A stretch of DNA of 64,000 nucleotides from Camelus dromedarius (Eukaryota), in NCBI RefSeq assembly GCF_036321535.1, contig NC_087437.1, positions 56,608,001 to 56,672,000 of the forward strand. Reading direction: 5' to 3'. Shown piece after piece: positions 1 through 13,660 of the stretch. The position numbers and the translations under genes are program-made. Every line of letters begins with the position of its first letter. Positions within the stretch are counted from its first letter, which is position 1. The notes under the pieces were generated by a model. It had not been told where the DNA came from, made no database searches, and was given only the letters and a program-made list of their open reading frames with translations.

Positions 1-3000
1 CAAATAACAGTAAGTTAACAATAAGCTCTAATTTGATTCAACAACTTGCAGCGACCAGACTGCATAAGCAGAGGTGAAGCACCCAGAGCATTAGATAAAA
101 GATCACTCTCTATTAGACGGAAGAGGGGTATGCCTTCAGTCCTGAGCGTTACCGTCCTACATTGTCTGCACAGCTGTCTTGAGCAAAAACAAAACAAAAC
201 AAACCTTAGATTTTTTTTTTGTTTTGGTATCATTAAACACCTTGAGCTAGGATAGCTGGGTTGATACAAAGACACAATCTGGTCTTGACATTAGATAGCA
301 TTTTCTAATGACGAAAGGTGCCAGTCAGTAGGATGGGCTGTGTTAGTGTGGAATGATTTCTGTGCCAGCAGACTCTGCTCAAGTACAATCTGGCCCACTC
401 GTTAGGAAGGGACTGGAGGAAATGACAGCTAACTCTCAGGCCGCTGGTTTTAGTCCTGTGATCTGCACCCTCCATTCTCCTCTTTGCAGATACAGCTGTG
501 TTACACAGTTTTGAGTGTTTTAAACAGAAAAATCACTTCATGTTGAACAGAGTCTAATGAAATTAGCACTATGTCACTGTAGGGACCTTTACATTTATTT
601 GTATAATATTTATAACAACCCTGAGAGATATTATCTTCACAATTTTGTAATTGCTCAGTGACTGAAAAAGTGTCCATGATATACTGTTAATAAAAAAAAT
701 ACAAAATGTTATGTATAGTGTGTTACCATCATGGAAAACGGTGATTCTCCACATCTACTCACTTGTGTGTAAAACTATCCGTATGTAAACACACGTGCAC
801 CACACGCAGATAAAAATGATCGGAACAACACACAGGAACATGGTCACTGTGGCCATATCTGGGTTAGGGATTATGAAAGCTTCTTAGTTTCTTTCTTGGA
901 CTCTTTTGATTTTTTCTAACTTATCTACATCGATAAGCATCATTTTCAAATTCAGAGAACAATGACTATATTGATATTTATATAGCTTTTTAGAAAAATA
1001 TATAACTCAAGGTGACACAGAGAATAAGTTAGCAGAACTTGGCAATGTTTCCTGACGCAGAAGCTGTTGAGGGAAGGGAGTTCGCCCTCACCTAAGCCCA
1101 GAATTTGGAGTTGTTTTCTATCCCACTCTTTTCCAGTCAAGTTCTACTGCCATTGATTAGAGCACAGAAGGCAGAAGAATGGCCCATTCGCTTTCATGAT
1201 GACAAATAGCAGCTTTGGTCCTTACCTGGGAGGCTGTGATAACCTGGGTCTGCCTTTTGTGTGTGTCCATGGGCGGCGAGCAGGAATGCAGCATGGTGGC
1301 TGGAACCTGGCTGGGCTCCAGTTTGGCGTGTGTCTCACATTGTCTGGGGAACACTTTGTACCCGCTGAGACACACTCCTCTCCCCGGGCCTGGGGCTAAG
1401 AAAACAAAAGCTCCCGGTGCCAGGGCTACCGGCCTTATCTGTAAATCAGTTATTCTTTTTTCTTGTCTCCTCAAGAGTGCTTTGACCTGAGCTCAGAGCT
1501 TAAGCAGGCACAGCTCATCAGGTTTTCACTGGCAAGTTACAAGCCCAAGTGGATTTAGCTTCTGCTGGAACCGTGTCGGGTCATATATATGACCCACTGG
1601 TAATTAGCACTACCGAGAATATGTGTGTAGTGTGTAGTGTGTGTGTGTGCATGCACGTGTCCACACGTTTATAACTTTATGTTTATAAATGATCGTTAAT
1701 CAAAATTGTAAATGTTCTTGAGAACCTTACTAGATTGTTTCAACGTTAGCTGATTTAACCCTTTCCACGTCTCTGCATACTAGGGTGAACGTGTTAAAAA
1801 AACAAAACAGGACAATAGGACTTTATTTGTAACGTTCATTTATAGTGGAGAGGGTCATCAGTGATTTTCTGGCTCTGCTTTCACATTTAGAGAGGTGAAA
1901 ATGAAAATGATGAAGACTCGAGAGACTCTCTCAAGGTCAGAAAGCTAATTCGCTCCAGAATTAGACTAAAACCTTAATCTTCCACTTTTAATTCACTACT
2001 CTTTATACCAAATTTCTCAGGGGTGGCTACCTTGGTATCCACAAAGTAGTTGGAAAATATAACTTATATAGGTATTTTAATAATAATTACCCTAGGGAAA
2101 TGATTAGGAAATGTTAACAGGGATTATTTTTGTGGCATGATCTTACTAGTGATTTTATTACGTTTGATGTTACCCAAATTTTCTAAAATACCTGTTTAAA
2201 TATGTATTACTTAATAATATGCATTTTGACATACACATTAGCCCCTGTGTTCTGAGCATGCACTTCATACATCAGTTTTGTCATCTAATTCTCCTGGCCC
2301 GTCTCAATAATAGGTTCTTGTAAATGTGCGTTGAATATAATAGAGTCCAAAAATAACAGTGTCCAGAGATTGCTCTAAAAATTCCTCCTAGAATTCTTCC
2401 TGGGAAGCCTGTGTGACTTCAGGTCCAGTGCTACCCCAGCAGCAGTGACTGAGTCCAGGTAGGGCCCAAACTTCAGTGTTTTCCTGAGAAGCCACTGCAC
2501 AATCTGGAGAGGAAGGTTCCAACTGTGAACGCGTCTAGGCTGCTCCCAGATCACTGACCAGGAACACTTACCCCACGGGGTCAGCAGACTGGCAGCTGAG
2601 TTGATTGCTTTTAAAAATCTGTGCCACTAAACAAAGGCTTAAAATGATCAATTATCTGCATCTATTAAATATTAAACATTAAAGACTCCACAATGAACAG
2701 TTGAAGCAGAGGAATTTGGTGGCATATTTCAAGCCATCCTCCTTGGCGTGCTGTCTGACACAGGGCCCAAGGTTGCAATTTAAACAGCAGTAGAAATCCA
2801 CTGTGCTTTGAGGGGCCCAGAGCAGCGTGCAGCCAGTGTTAATAACTAACTGTGCAGACTGAGCGTTGCTCTACAGACCTTTTAGAAGTAACTGTCTCAG
2901 GTTCTGTCTAGGACAGGAAGGGCCGGGACTCCCTGTGTTTGGTCCTGCTCAGACTCATGCTTTATAATGACACATAGACTTATCTAACAATAGGTTTGCT

Positions 3001-5979
3001 TTTTTTGTTTCCCTTGAGTTAAAAATCCAGGCATCCCTGTTTGAATTGCTTTTTGTTATTGGAAAAAATTTAAGAAGACCTGCAGGAAGGAGTATTCTCT
3101 TCTAGAATTTGCAGCTCAGGGTTTCACAGTGCTCAATCCTGAACGCACGTATAAGGTGCCAGCTCGTCCCCTGGCCTGTTGCTTGTCTCCTGTAACCTTT
3201 GGGTCCAGAAATAGATACGGTCACAGTCATGGAGGGGAAAAAAAAGGAGCAGTCCGGAGACACATGAGATACTCCAAGTATCACACTCTGATTGTGTTTC
3301 TTCAAGTTGGAGCTAAAATGAGTCTCTGTCCCATGAAGTCTTCTAAGGGCTCAGAATTAGGCCTGACTGAGGAAGGCTGCCGATCAGACGCAGGCTTCTC
3401 CATGCCTGCTCCCTAAGGAGTCTAGCTTCCTTCTGGATCTTGAGTTGTCTTCAAAATTAAATGAAATTCCATCTCTGTCTCCAAAGAGCTCGCGTGTAAT
3501 GTCAGAGGCAGCAGTCACTGTTGTGTTCACTGTCTGGAGTTAGAGGCTAGAAGAGTTACTCTGGGTTCCGAACCAAATTTAAAGGCCCTGCAGACTTTCT
3601 GGTGTGGTCTCGAGAAAGTAACAGGAGAATTCTCTTCACCGCTGATAAACATCTCAGATCTTCACTCCTTCACAGAGGGCGGTGGCTAGTTTTAACTCCT
3701 GGACCATGGCTCTGACTTTGCTGCCTGACAGCTAAGAGAGTCCCACTGCGTGCCTGGGCCCAGGCCCCTGGGCCAATGCCTGCTCACATGCTTGGTCATC
3801 ACCTGGGTTAGCTCCTCCTTGTCTTCCGTGACTCCAGACACCTATGTGCATGGCTGGCATTTGCCTGTCTCTGGACCCTGTTTTCAGCCTTATTGAACTT
3901 TCTTCATTACATGCAGCTGGGCTCATCGTTCTCTGCTGCCCTTCCCCCTTGGACATCCTCCCCTCCATACCTTCTCTGTTTCATGACTGATGGAATTTCT
4001 GATCTATGTTTGTGACCTATGTCTTTATGCCAGGGAGGAGCTCTTCTGCCATTAGATGCTGTCTTTTTATGATGTTGACATTCAATAATCAGAATCACTC
4101 CTTGGAGAATGGATCAAGGAGATCTACAAAGCCAGGACAACACCTGTTCCTGTCAAAATCAACCAAACCAAATACTTGTTGGGGGTTCCATGTATCTGGG
4201 TCCCTGTCTGGTACGACTGTGATATCAGGAGGACATGTTTGTTTCTACTCTGGTTATGAATTCTCAGCTATAAAAGAAAACAATTGGACTCACCGTTCAC
4301 CAGAGTCTTAAGCACAACTCCCCCCAAAACCTTTCTTTTCAAAAAGGCAAAATGTGCATTAGCAGGTGGTCTTAAATGAGAAGATGGGCATCAGAACACA
4401 GGGTACGACTGAGGTTCGGGGAGTGGGATGAGGAGCTGCTACCGATCTGTTCCGTATTTCCTCTCTTTATGGACTTCGGGAGAGGGAAGACGATGAAGCT
4501 ATACTGACCACGTGTGTGGACCCTCACATGGAGACTTTGACCACTCTGTGGTGAAGCCACCTCCTTCCAGGCAGGATAGTTCCCTCTCTGAGTCACCGCG
4601 CAGCCCTTGTTGACTGTGACCATCAGGGAAATGCGAATATTATCCTTGGAGTGATGGAGCTTCTATTTTCCCCAGGAACTACAGGGGAACTTATGAATAA
4701 TCTTTATACCCCATTTTTCTCAAGTTAACAAAACATCACAGCTATAATTCCTGTTTGAAATGGTATCGGATCTCAGCTTTAACTGTGTCCTGAAAGGCAG
4801 TATCCAATTTCCCTAGCTAACCATGACTGTCACTGTCACTTTTGTGTGTTTCACCTTTCACTGATCTTTTCACATCCGTTATCTTACTTTAGTTCCAGAA
4901 TAGCACTCCAAAGCAAATGAGAGATTATTATTCATCTGATGAGGACCCTGAGGCACAAGACTGAAGGCACTCACTCGGGTTCACACAGCTAAAATCCAGA
5001 TTTTTCTGACTCCAGATGAGTGCTTTTTCTTCACAGTCTCAGATGAATACTGAAGCCAAAGTGCTATCAGCCTACAGTTAATTGACCATATATTATAAAT
5101 ACATACAATGTAGTGCACTCTGTGCACACACAAAAGCAAGCATATCATCCCAGTTTACCTCTCTGTAATCCACCGTTCATAACTAATAAACGAGAAGGCT
5201 TCTCACAATGGCTTTTGTTAGAGTTTCCTAATACCATTATGTCAGCAAACATCTACCCACCACGAGGGCTAAAAAAGCAACAAGCTTCCTTAGTTGTGCA
5301 AGTACGATGTTGGTTTCAAATTACTACCAGCAGATGGTGCTGTGCATTAGCAAACATCCTGCCTGGGAGAAGTATTGAGGGGCGAGGAGTTTAAGGTGAA
5401 TGAGACAGGGACTCTGAGGGGGCAATGTTGAATCGTTAATGCAGAAAAAGGCAAATCCATGTGATTTAGAAAAAGGGGTATAAATATGTGAGTTAATTTT
5501 TTAATAAGGTATTTGAAACAGCTTTTATTTATTTAGCTTTTAACTCAAAATAGTGCTTGTGAGTCAAATCAAATGGAAACTCTATTCATCCCAATGGAGA
5601 GATGAAATGTTTGCATCCTGTGGACATCAACCTGGCTTTATAAGTGTTAAATAATTGCCCAGTTACTTTCCAATCTGAGAACTTCTTTCTTTTCTACCCC
5701 TCATTATTCCCCATTCCTAGACTCTGTTCTTCATGCTTAGAAAGCTCTTTTCTAAAATCTGTGTTCCTATCCATTATTTAAGAATCAGCTCTACCTCATA
5801 TTTTCTTAAAATTACCTTTGAAAGGAGTAGAAACTCAGAGGACTCTGTTGGTTTTATCTCAACATTCTTAGCATTAGACTTTTGCTCAATAAATATTTTT
5901 TTTAACCTTGAATAATTGATGAGTGAGTCACACCATGGCCTAGTGATAGAGTTTTCTGTACACGTATTTAATCACCCTT

Positions 5980-6700
5980 TTCAAAATATATTTAATGAAT
6001 GTTAGGCTCTTGGTCACAGAACATATGATCTAGTAGAGGAAATAAGAGGCAATTAAACAATCAAACTGTAGTATATAGCAGGTGCATGAGAGTGGGAGGT
6101 TAGGGTGCTGTGAAAGGACAGAGGAAAGTCCCTTCCTTCAAGTTTGTATTGGGGTTGGGAGAAGCTTTCCATGAGAAATGAAATCTAATTTTGTGTCTGA
6201 ATAATGAGTAAGGGATTACTATCTATTAAGAATAGTCCAGAAAAAGGAGAAAACATTTGAAAAAGACCAGAGGTCAGAAAACATGTCACTGGATACAGAA
6301 GTAACTTAAAGAAGTCCATCTTACCTGGAAAATACAGTGTGATGGGGAGTTTCAGAAGGTAAGGTGGGAAATTTAGGTCCTTGTAGGTGTTGAGATTTTG
6401 CCTGAGAAGAAAATTATAATAATAATTCACACATGAAAGTGATGCAACCATGTTTATATGTTTCAAAGGTCAGGCTAGCTGAAGTGTGGAAACTAACTTG
6501 TCTCTGGTGTAGGTGTGGTGCAAAGGAGCGTGCTGCAATTCTAGAATTAGAGAGACCAGTCAGGGAGCTGGTGCAAACCTCCAAGTGTGAAATGCTGTGA
6601 CTGTTACATGGATAGTGGGCAGACCTGGATAGAGATGGGCCAGCAAGAAAATTTTATGGAGAGATGTCAACCTAAAAGGATAAAAAAAAATCATCAGAGT
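5980..6700. mobile_element. L2 LINE remnant
   Basis: Purine-rich decayed L2 (ggtgctgtgaaaggacagagga, agagagaccagtcagggagctggtgcaaacctccaagtgtgaaatg). Confidence 0.5.
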
Positions 6701-7575
6701 GCTAGAACTACTGAAAGTGTAAGAAAATGGAGAAATGTATAATTATCAAAGTTCTTTCAGGGAGAATGCAATATGTCTTTGGAAGGGATGATAGAGATTC
6801 TTAAGGCACAAACTCAAACTTTCCAAGTGTGAAAAGCAACATTTTAGAATGGTAAGTTATGTTATTTACAAAGATTTTGTTTTGCAGACAGATGATGCAA
6901 GTTTGGAGTCAGAGATGACAGTTCAGAAAAATAAAAGAAAGGCAGAGGAATAGTCCCTGTGGTCATATTTCTCTGCTTTCCTTTTTTCAAAATAATGATT
7001 GAACAAATACATAAAGAATGCCTGTCTAAAAGCACACGGAACAATTAGCCTCCATTGAGGGGTCCTTCAGTGCTCTATTGAGAATTATTAGTGGTAGAAG
7101 GGTTAACGAGAAATAGATGGCATCAAAACATGTTTACAGGATAGCAATGACAGTTCTCTGTAATTATTTTGATCAAAGAGAAAAAAGAATTAATTGTGAT
7201 AATGTCCAGGATTTAGACCTGGGGAACTGGATGATTCTGTGTGATAAGGAAGAGAAACGGCAGGTTTGGAGTGGAATTGGGAGGGAGTAGACGAAGAATT
7301 AAGTTTGCATTTTTCATATTAGAAATATGTGTGACATTCAAGTGATGATATCAAGGAAATCAATTAAAGTCTGAAGCTTAAGAAAGGGGTTTGAGTTAAA
7401 GGTATGTGTTCAGTAATTTAAAACATGGGAGTGGATTATATCACAAGGGGGAATGTGTAGAATGATGGAATGATGTACAGTGGAGGATATGTGGATTAAA
7501 AAAATAAAGAAATACAGTTATTAACACTGTATTAAGAGATATATTAAATATTAAACCTAAGAAACAGATATATTG

Positions 7576-7617
7576 TATGTGTGTGTGTGTGTGTGTCTGT
7601 GTGTGTGTGTGTGTGTG
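7576..7617. repeat. (TG)n microsatellite, interrupted once
   Basis: Directly visible. Confidence 0.95.
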
Positions 7618-8609
7618 CATGTGTAGATAGACTGGATACCATGAAACTAAGAATCCCTGAGCACGGGCTCTGAAGTTGCAAGTCTTCAAGCCTACAAGAT
7701 TTTGAATCTGCAAGACTGAAAGTCTGCAAGATCCTTTCTGTTATCCAGGGTTACCCTAGCCTCTGCTTACTTAGCAAATTTCTTGCGTAAGAGAAATACT
7801 TAGCAGAGGGGGTTATCTTTGAGATGTTTTCCAGAATAAATTCTGGCATACTAGAAGACAGGCAAGCCAAAAAGTTTGGCTTCTCTTATCTGAGAAACTG
7901 TCCGTCTCTGGCAGGTTAGTCTCTTTTCCCAATCTGCTGCCTCCAACCTAACTCCAGGTATGAAAGTATCATCTGTCTCATGATCATCATTCTTGAACTT
8001 ACATTTGTACCTTTGAACTATTTGTATCCAATGAATTTTCAATGAATTTAAAGAAAAGTTTTTGTTACTCTTGTTTGTCTGGATATTTGATAGTGTTTCA
8101 GTGATGTGAAGGGCTTTTACATCTTGCATTTTATAGTGCTGCAGTCTTGCAGTCTCCAAAGGCTCTTCAAGGCACTGCAGACTAAAGATCTGGCAAAATT
8201 ATATTTCATAATCTCAAGGCATGGAAGACTTTCATTTTTGAGATCTTCTCATCTTGCATTTTTTGTTTATAGTCCTGAGCAAGTTTTCAAAGCAATTAAA
8301 GGCAAAGTTGAAATGAGTCTAAGGTTGCAACTAATAAAACTTCTAATAACATCAAAATTTTAGCCTTTTGGTGGTCCAAGTAGTTGAGCTGAACCAAAAA
8401 TAAAAGAGAGAAATTCTTCAACTCCTGGAGATCTAATTCCAAGCCCTACTAGAGAGATAAAGTCACAAAACCCATAATCACTTCATCTTTTGCTTGAAGC
8501 AATAAATTGATAAGTCCCTTGAGCTAACTACCTAAGGAAGGAAAGTGCATTGCTTCTTGAAGATTATATATGTATTTTTTCCACCTCAGGCTTTTCTTTT
8601 ATACACAAT

Positions 8610-9005
8610 ATCATTATAATAATTATAAAACATATGAATAAGCAGGAAAATAAGACCCATGACAAGAAAATAGCCAATAAATTGAAAGAGACCTACCAAC
8701 AATGTATATGTTGGACTATTAGACAAAGACTTTGAAATAATCATGATAAATATATTAAAGAATCTGCAAGGAAAGATACATAGGATGAGTGAAGAAATAG
8801 GACATTTTAGGAGAGACTTGAAAGCAATAATAAAGAAACAAATGGAAAACCTAGAAATGATTAATACAGTACCTAAAAAAAAATTTAATATGATTAATAA
8901 CAAATTGGAAACAACAGAAGGACATATTAGTGAACTTAAAGATGAATAAAAAAAATCATCCAATTTGAAGTACACAGAGAAAGAAAATATAGAAGAAATG
9001 AAAAA
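8610..9005 (+). mobile_element. Old LINE-1 ORF1 remnant
   Basis: A-rich. ORF 8743..8949 (MINILKNLQGKIHRMSEEIGHFRRDLKAIIKKQMENLEMINTV...NKLETTEGHISELKDE) resembles the L1 ORF1p coiled coil. Confidence 0.75.
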
Positions 9006-11640
9006 AGAGAAGTAATAAACACCACAAATATACAAAGGATCATAAGAGATTACTACAATCAATTATATGCCAATAAAATTGACAACCTAGAAAAAAATGG
9101 ATAAATTCCTAAAAATGCAAAATCTCCCAAGACTGAACCAGTGAGAAATAGAAATATGAACAGAACAACTATGAGAAATGAAATTGGATCAGAATTTTAA
9201 AAACTCCCAACAAACAAAGTTCAAGACAGATGGCTTCACAGGTGAAATCTACCAAATGCTTAGAGTTAACACCTCTCCTCAAACTATTTCAAAAAAAACA
9301 AAAAAAAAAACAAAAAGGAAAGAAGTCTTACAAACTCATTTTATGAAGCCAGAGTTACCCTGATACCAAAACCAAACAAAGGCATCACAACAAAATGAAA
9401 ATTACAGGCCAGTATCACTGATGAACATAGCTGCAAAACTCCGCAACAAAATACGAGCAAATCAAATTCAACAATCCATTAAGAGGATCATACACCAGGA
9501 TCAAGTGGGATTTATCCTAAAGATGCAAATATCCACAAATCAATCAATATGATACACTAAATTAACAAACTGAAGAATAGAAATCAACTCATTAGGTGTA
9601 GAAAGAGCTTCTGATAAAATTCTTCACCCATATATGATAAAAACTTTCAACAAAGTGGGTATAAAGTAAACATACCTCAACATAATAAAGGCCATATATG
9701 ACAAACCTTGAGCCAACATACACAAAGGTGAAAAGCTGAAAGCATTTCCTCTAACATCAGGAACAAGACAAGCATGCCTACTCTCACTTTTATTCAACAT
9801 AGTATTGAAGACCTAGCCATAGCATTCAGACAAGAAAAAGTAGTAAAATGAATCCAAATCAGAAAAGAATGAGTAAAACCATCACTGCTTGCAGTTGACA
9901 TGATATTATATAAAGACAATCCATGTTACCAAATGAAATCTATTAGCACTAATAAATAAATTCAGTAAAGCTGAAAATGCAAAATTAATATACAGAAATC
10001 TGTTGCATTTCTAGACAATAAAAATGAACTATCAGAAAGAGAAATTAAGAAAACAACCCCATTTACAATTGCATCAGAAAGAATAAAATATCTAGGAATA
10101 AATTTAATCGAGGAGATAAAAGCCCTGTACTTAGAACTCTATAAGGTTTTGATGAAAGAAATTGAAGACAATGCAAATGGAAAGATACACCATGCTCATG
10201 GATTAAAAGAATTAATATTATTAAAATCACCATACTACTCAAACCAATATACAGATTCAATGCAATTCCTATCAAAATGCCAGTGGCATTTTAAACAGAA
10301 CTAGAACAAATAATTCTAAAATTTGTATGAATGTGCAAAAGAAAAAAACAATCGTGAGAAAGAAGAACAAAGCTGGTGGTTATCATGCTCCTTATTTCAA
10401 ACTATACCACAAGGCTACCATAACCAAAACAGTATGGTATTGGTACAAAAACAGACACTTACATCAATAGAACAGAATAGATAACCCAGAAATAAGTATA
10501 CAGTTTGTTTTTGACAGAAGAAGCAATAATACGCAGTGGGACAAATCCTCTTCAATAACTGGTGTTAAGAAAACTAACAGCTTCATGCAAAAGAATCAAA
10601 CTGACCTACTTTCTCACACCATATACAAAAATAAACTAAAAATAGTTTAAATACTTTACATGTAATACCTGAAACCATAAAACTCCTTGAAGAAGAAATA
10701 GGCAGCACGCTCTTTTACATAGATCTTGGCAATATTTCTTTGGAAATGTTTCCTTAGGCAAAGTATGCAAAAGCAAAAATAAACAAATGAGACTACGTCA
10801 AACTAAAAACTTTTGCACAGTGAAGGAAAATATCAACAAAAGAGTAGCCTATTGAATGGGAGAAGATATTTGCAAATGATATGTCTGATAAGGGGCTAAT
10901 ATCCAAAATATACAAAGAATTCATACAACTCAACATCAAATAAGAAAAACCCAATTAAAAATGGGCAGAAGATCTAAATAAATATTTCTTTTTCAAAGAA
11001 GACATACAGATGGCCTACAGACACATACAAAGTTGCTCAACATCACTAATCATGAAGGAAATGCAAATCAAAGCCACAATGAGATATCACCTCATACCTG
11101 TCAGAATGGCTGTCAACAAAGACAGCAAATAACATGTGTTGGTGAGGATGTGGAGAAAAGGGAACCCCTGTGCCCTGTTGGTGAGATTGTAAAGTGATGC
11201 AGTCACTATGGGAAATACAATGGAATTTCCTTAAAAAATTAAAACTACAGCTGTCATGTGATCCAGTAATTTCACTTCTGGATATTTACCTGAATAAAAC
11301 AAAAACACTAATTCAAAGAGATATATGCCCTCCAATGTTCATTGCAGCACTATTTACAGTAGCCGAGACATGGAAGAAACTTAATTGTCCAATGATAGAT
11401 TAATGGATAAAGACAACATAGTATGTGTGTATGTGTGTATATATTACAAATATATATACACACATATACATATATATACACACATATACATATATATACA
11501 CACCCACATTATATACACATATATATAATGGAATATTACTCAGCTATAAAAAGAATGAAATTTTGTCATTTGTGACAACAGGGATGGATCTAGAGGGTAT
11601 TATACTAAGTGAAATAAGTCAGACAGAGAAAGACATATAA
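9006..11640 (+). mobile_element. Degenerate LINE-1 ORF2 (RT and C-terminal region) and start of 3' UTR
   Basis: Typical L1 segments are present: gaaaattacaggccagtatcactgatgaacatag, caggatcaagtgggatttatcc and atgagatatcacctcatacctgtcagaatggc. The RT FADDM motif is decayed to LAVDM (~9888-9902). Many stops and frameshifts; no poly(A) tail. Confidence 0.93.
11423..11527. repeat. Compound (TG/TA/CA)n microsatellite inside L1
   Basis: Directly visible. Confidence 0.9.
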
Positions 11641-13404
11641 GCTAAATGAGTAATAATATTTAGAAAAGAAATTGGATTGAAGGTGGATTTGCCTTAGGAA
11701 ATATTATATTTTATGACTATAACAAATAAAGCAAATAATTTCAATGTTGATTAAAAAGGCTGAATCTAAGAGAACAGATTGTATAAACCTGAAAAGGCAA
11801 TAATGCAAATATGAGTACAATAATGAAAAAGAAGCAGTACAAACTACTGAACAAATGTTGAATTATTTATTAGAGACTTTAGCAAAATCAACGTGAGATA
11901 ATTCTTAGATTTTATGCATTTTATTTTCATACAAATACTTATTCAAATATACTATTAATTATTTTATAATAATACTTCAAACTGCCTTTTATATGCAGAA
12001 GATGGTCTCTCATACCTCACCTCATAAGTTTTAGAGCTACTACATGACAGTGTTATTTTGAGAATATTGAGCTTGGTTATTTGAAAAAGAGGTGAAAACC
12101 ACTTTTTAAACTTTTGAGGGAGGTCTTCCAGTCCCTCAGTTTGCAAGTAATTTTATATTGTATGCATCATGTATGCTCAACTCAAACAGAACTCTGTATA
12201 TATTATTTTATCTAATTTTGTAAGAACATTTCCACATTACATTTTTCATTCATTCTGTGTATACATTAGCAGTATTTGTGCATAATAAAGACTAAAATCA
12301 TCTAATATTTAAAAAATTTTGTCTTTACAAGCCATATTGTCCAAGTTGCAATTCAGAAATGGAATGACCTTTTCACATGTTTTTACCATTGTGTTTTTCA
12401 AACAGTTTGGGGGAAGAGAAATTGAACCATTAATTAAATGGCATTCAACTACTCTGTGTCTGGATCCTGCTGGCCCCGTAAGAGGGCAGGAACTTCAGCG
12501 TAATAATTAATTGTGTTGAAGAGTTTGTCTTTATCTATTTTCTCTTTTCAATGATCTTCTTCAGAGCCAATTCTGAAGATTTGTAAAGCAGCTAACATCA
12601 AGTTTCAGTCTGGGAGTCCTGGCAGAGAGGGAAATGGAGTAGCCAATAGAAGTTACACATGTAAACCTAAGTGCAACGGGGATAGATACGTGCAGACGTA
12701 GGCAGACGTTACATGGATTCTTCTGAAGTTCTGGGAACACTAAGAGAAGGAGGATAATGAGGTAGGGATGGCTACTGTGTGATGCTAAATTACACACAAA
12801 ATAAAGCAACATAGAGTTTTACAACTTTTATTTGTGACTCTTTGAAAAGGAAAGAGTTTCTGTCTGTCTCTCTCGGAGCATCTTTCCATATTGGTCTCTC
12901 CCCTTCTTCATGGTTTTGTGATAACCTGTTGTGCCTTTAAGTCTCACCGTGTGTAGAATACAAAGAACGCTCACCTAGGATTTAGGAACCCTGGATTCTC
13001 TGATCCCCTCGCCTTTCTATATAACTGTGACTTTCCCCTCTCTGACCCTCCCTGCCCATACATTCAAGAATTTAAGTAAATGATATCTAAAAGCAGTAAA
13101 ATCTCCTGCACCTGCAAGGAAAGGGAAGGGATAAAGGGCAGGGGGTCTGCATTGAACAGGAGGGTAGGTTTGAAGCTGCGCTTCCCTAGCATGACACAAA
13201 AGTTAGGGGGAAAAAATCAATTGCCCATATCAAAGCATGGGACGTCTTAATTCCTTCACTCCAGTATTCCTCTAAAAGCACCAACGTTCTGCGATCTACT
13301 ACATCTCTCATTCCATATGTCTAGGATTCCTTCCCACCCTGCCCACCAAGCCATGTTTGCGGGTTATCAGTTAAGTCTGGGAGACAGCCTCTGGAGAGAA
13401 GCAG

Positions 13405-13660
13405 TTACACCCAGTGTTTAAGAATAAAGACCCCACAGTCAGATTTTCTGAGTTGAAATCCTAGATACACCTTTTTCTACCTGTGAACTCTTGGGCAATT
13501 TACTTAGTCTCTCTGTGCCTCACTCTCTTATGGGTGAAATGGGGATATAAGTGGTACTAACATCATTGTGCGGTTGTGAGATTACTTTCATTAATATATG
13601 TAACGCTTTGGGATCAGTGACTCATCTATAGTAAAGACGTTAATAAAGGGTCGCTACTAT
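13405..13660 (+). mobile_element. MIR SINE
   Basis: ttgggcaatttacttagtctctctgtgcctcactctcttatgggtgaaatgggga (MIR core). Confidence 0.7.

Noticed and set aside
8586..9062. 158-aa hydrophobic ORF resembling a membrane protein
   Set aside because: It is the antisense reading of an A-rich L1 ORF1 remnant.
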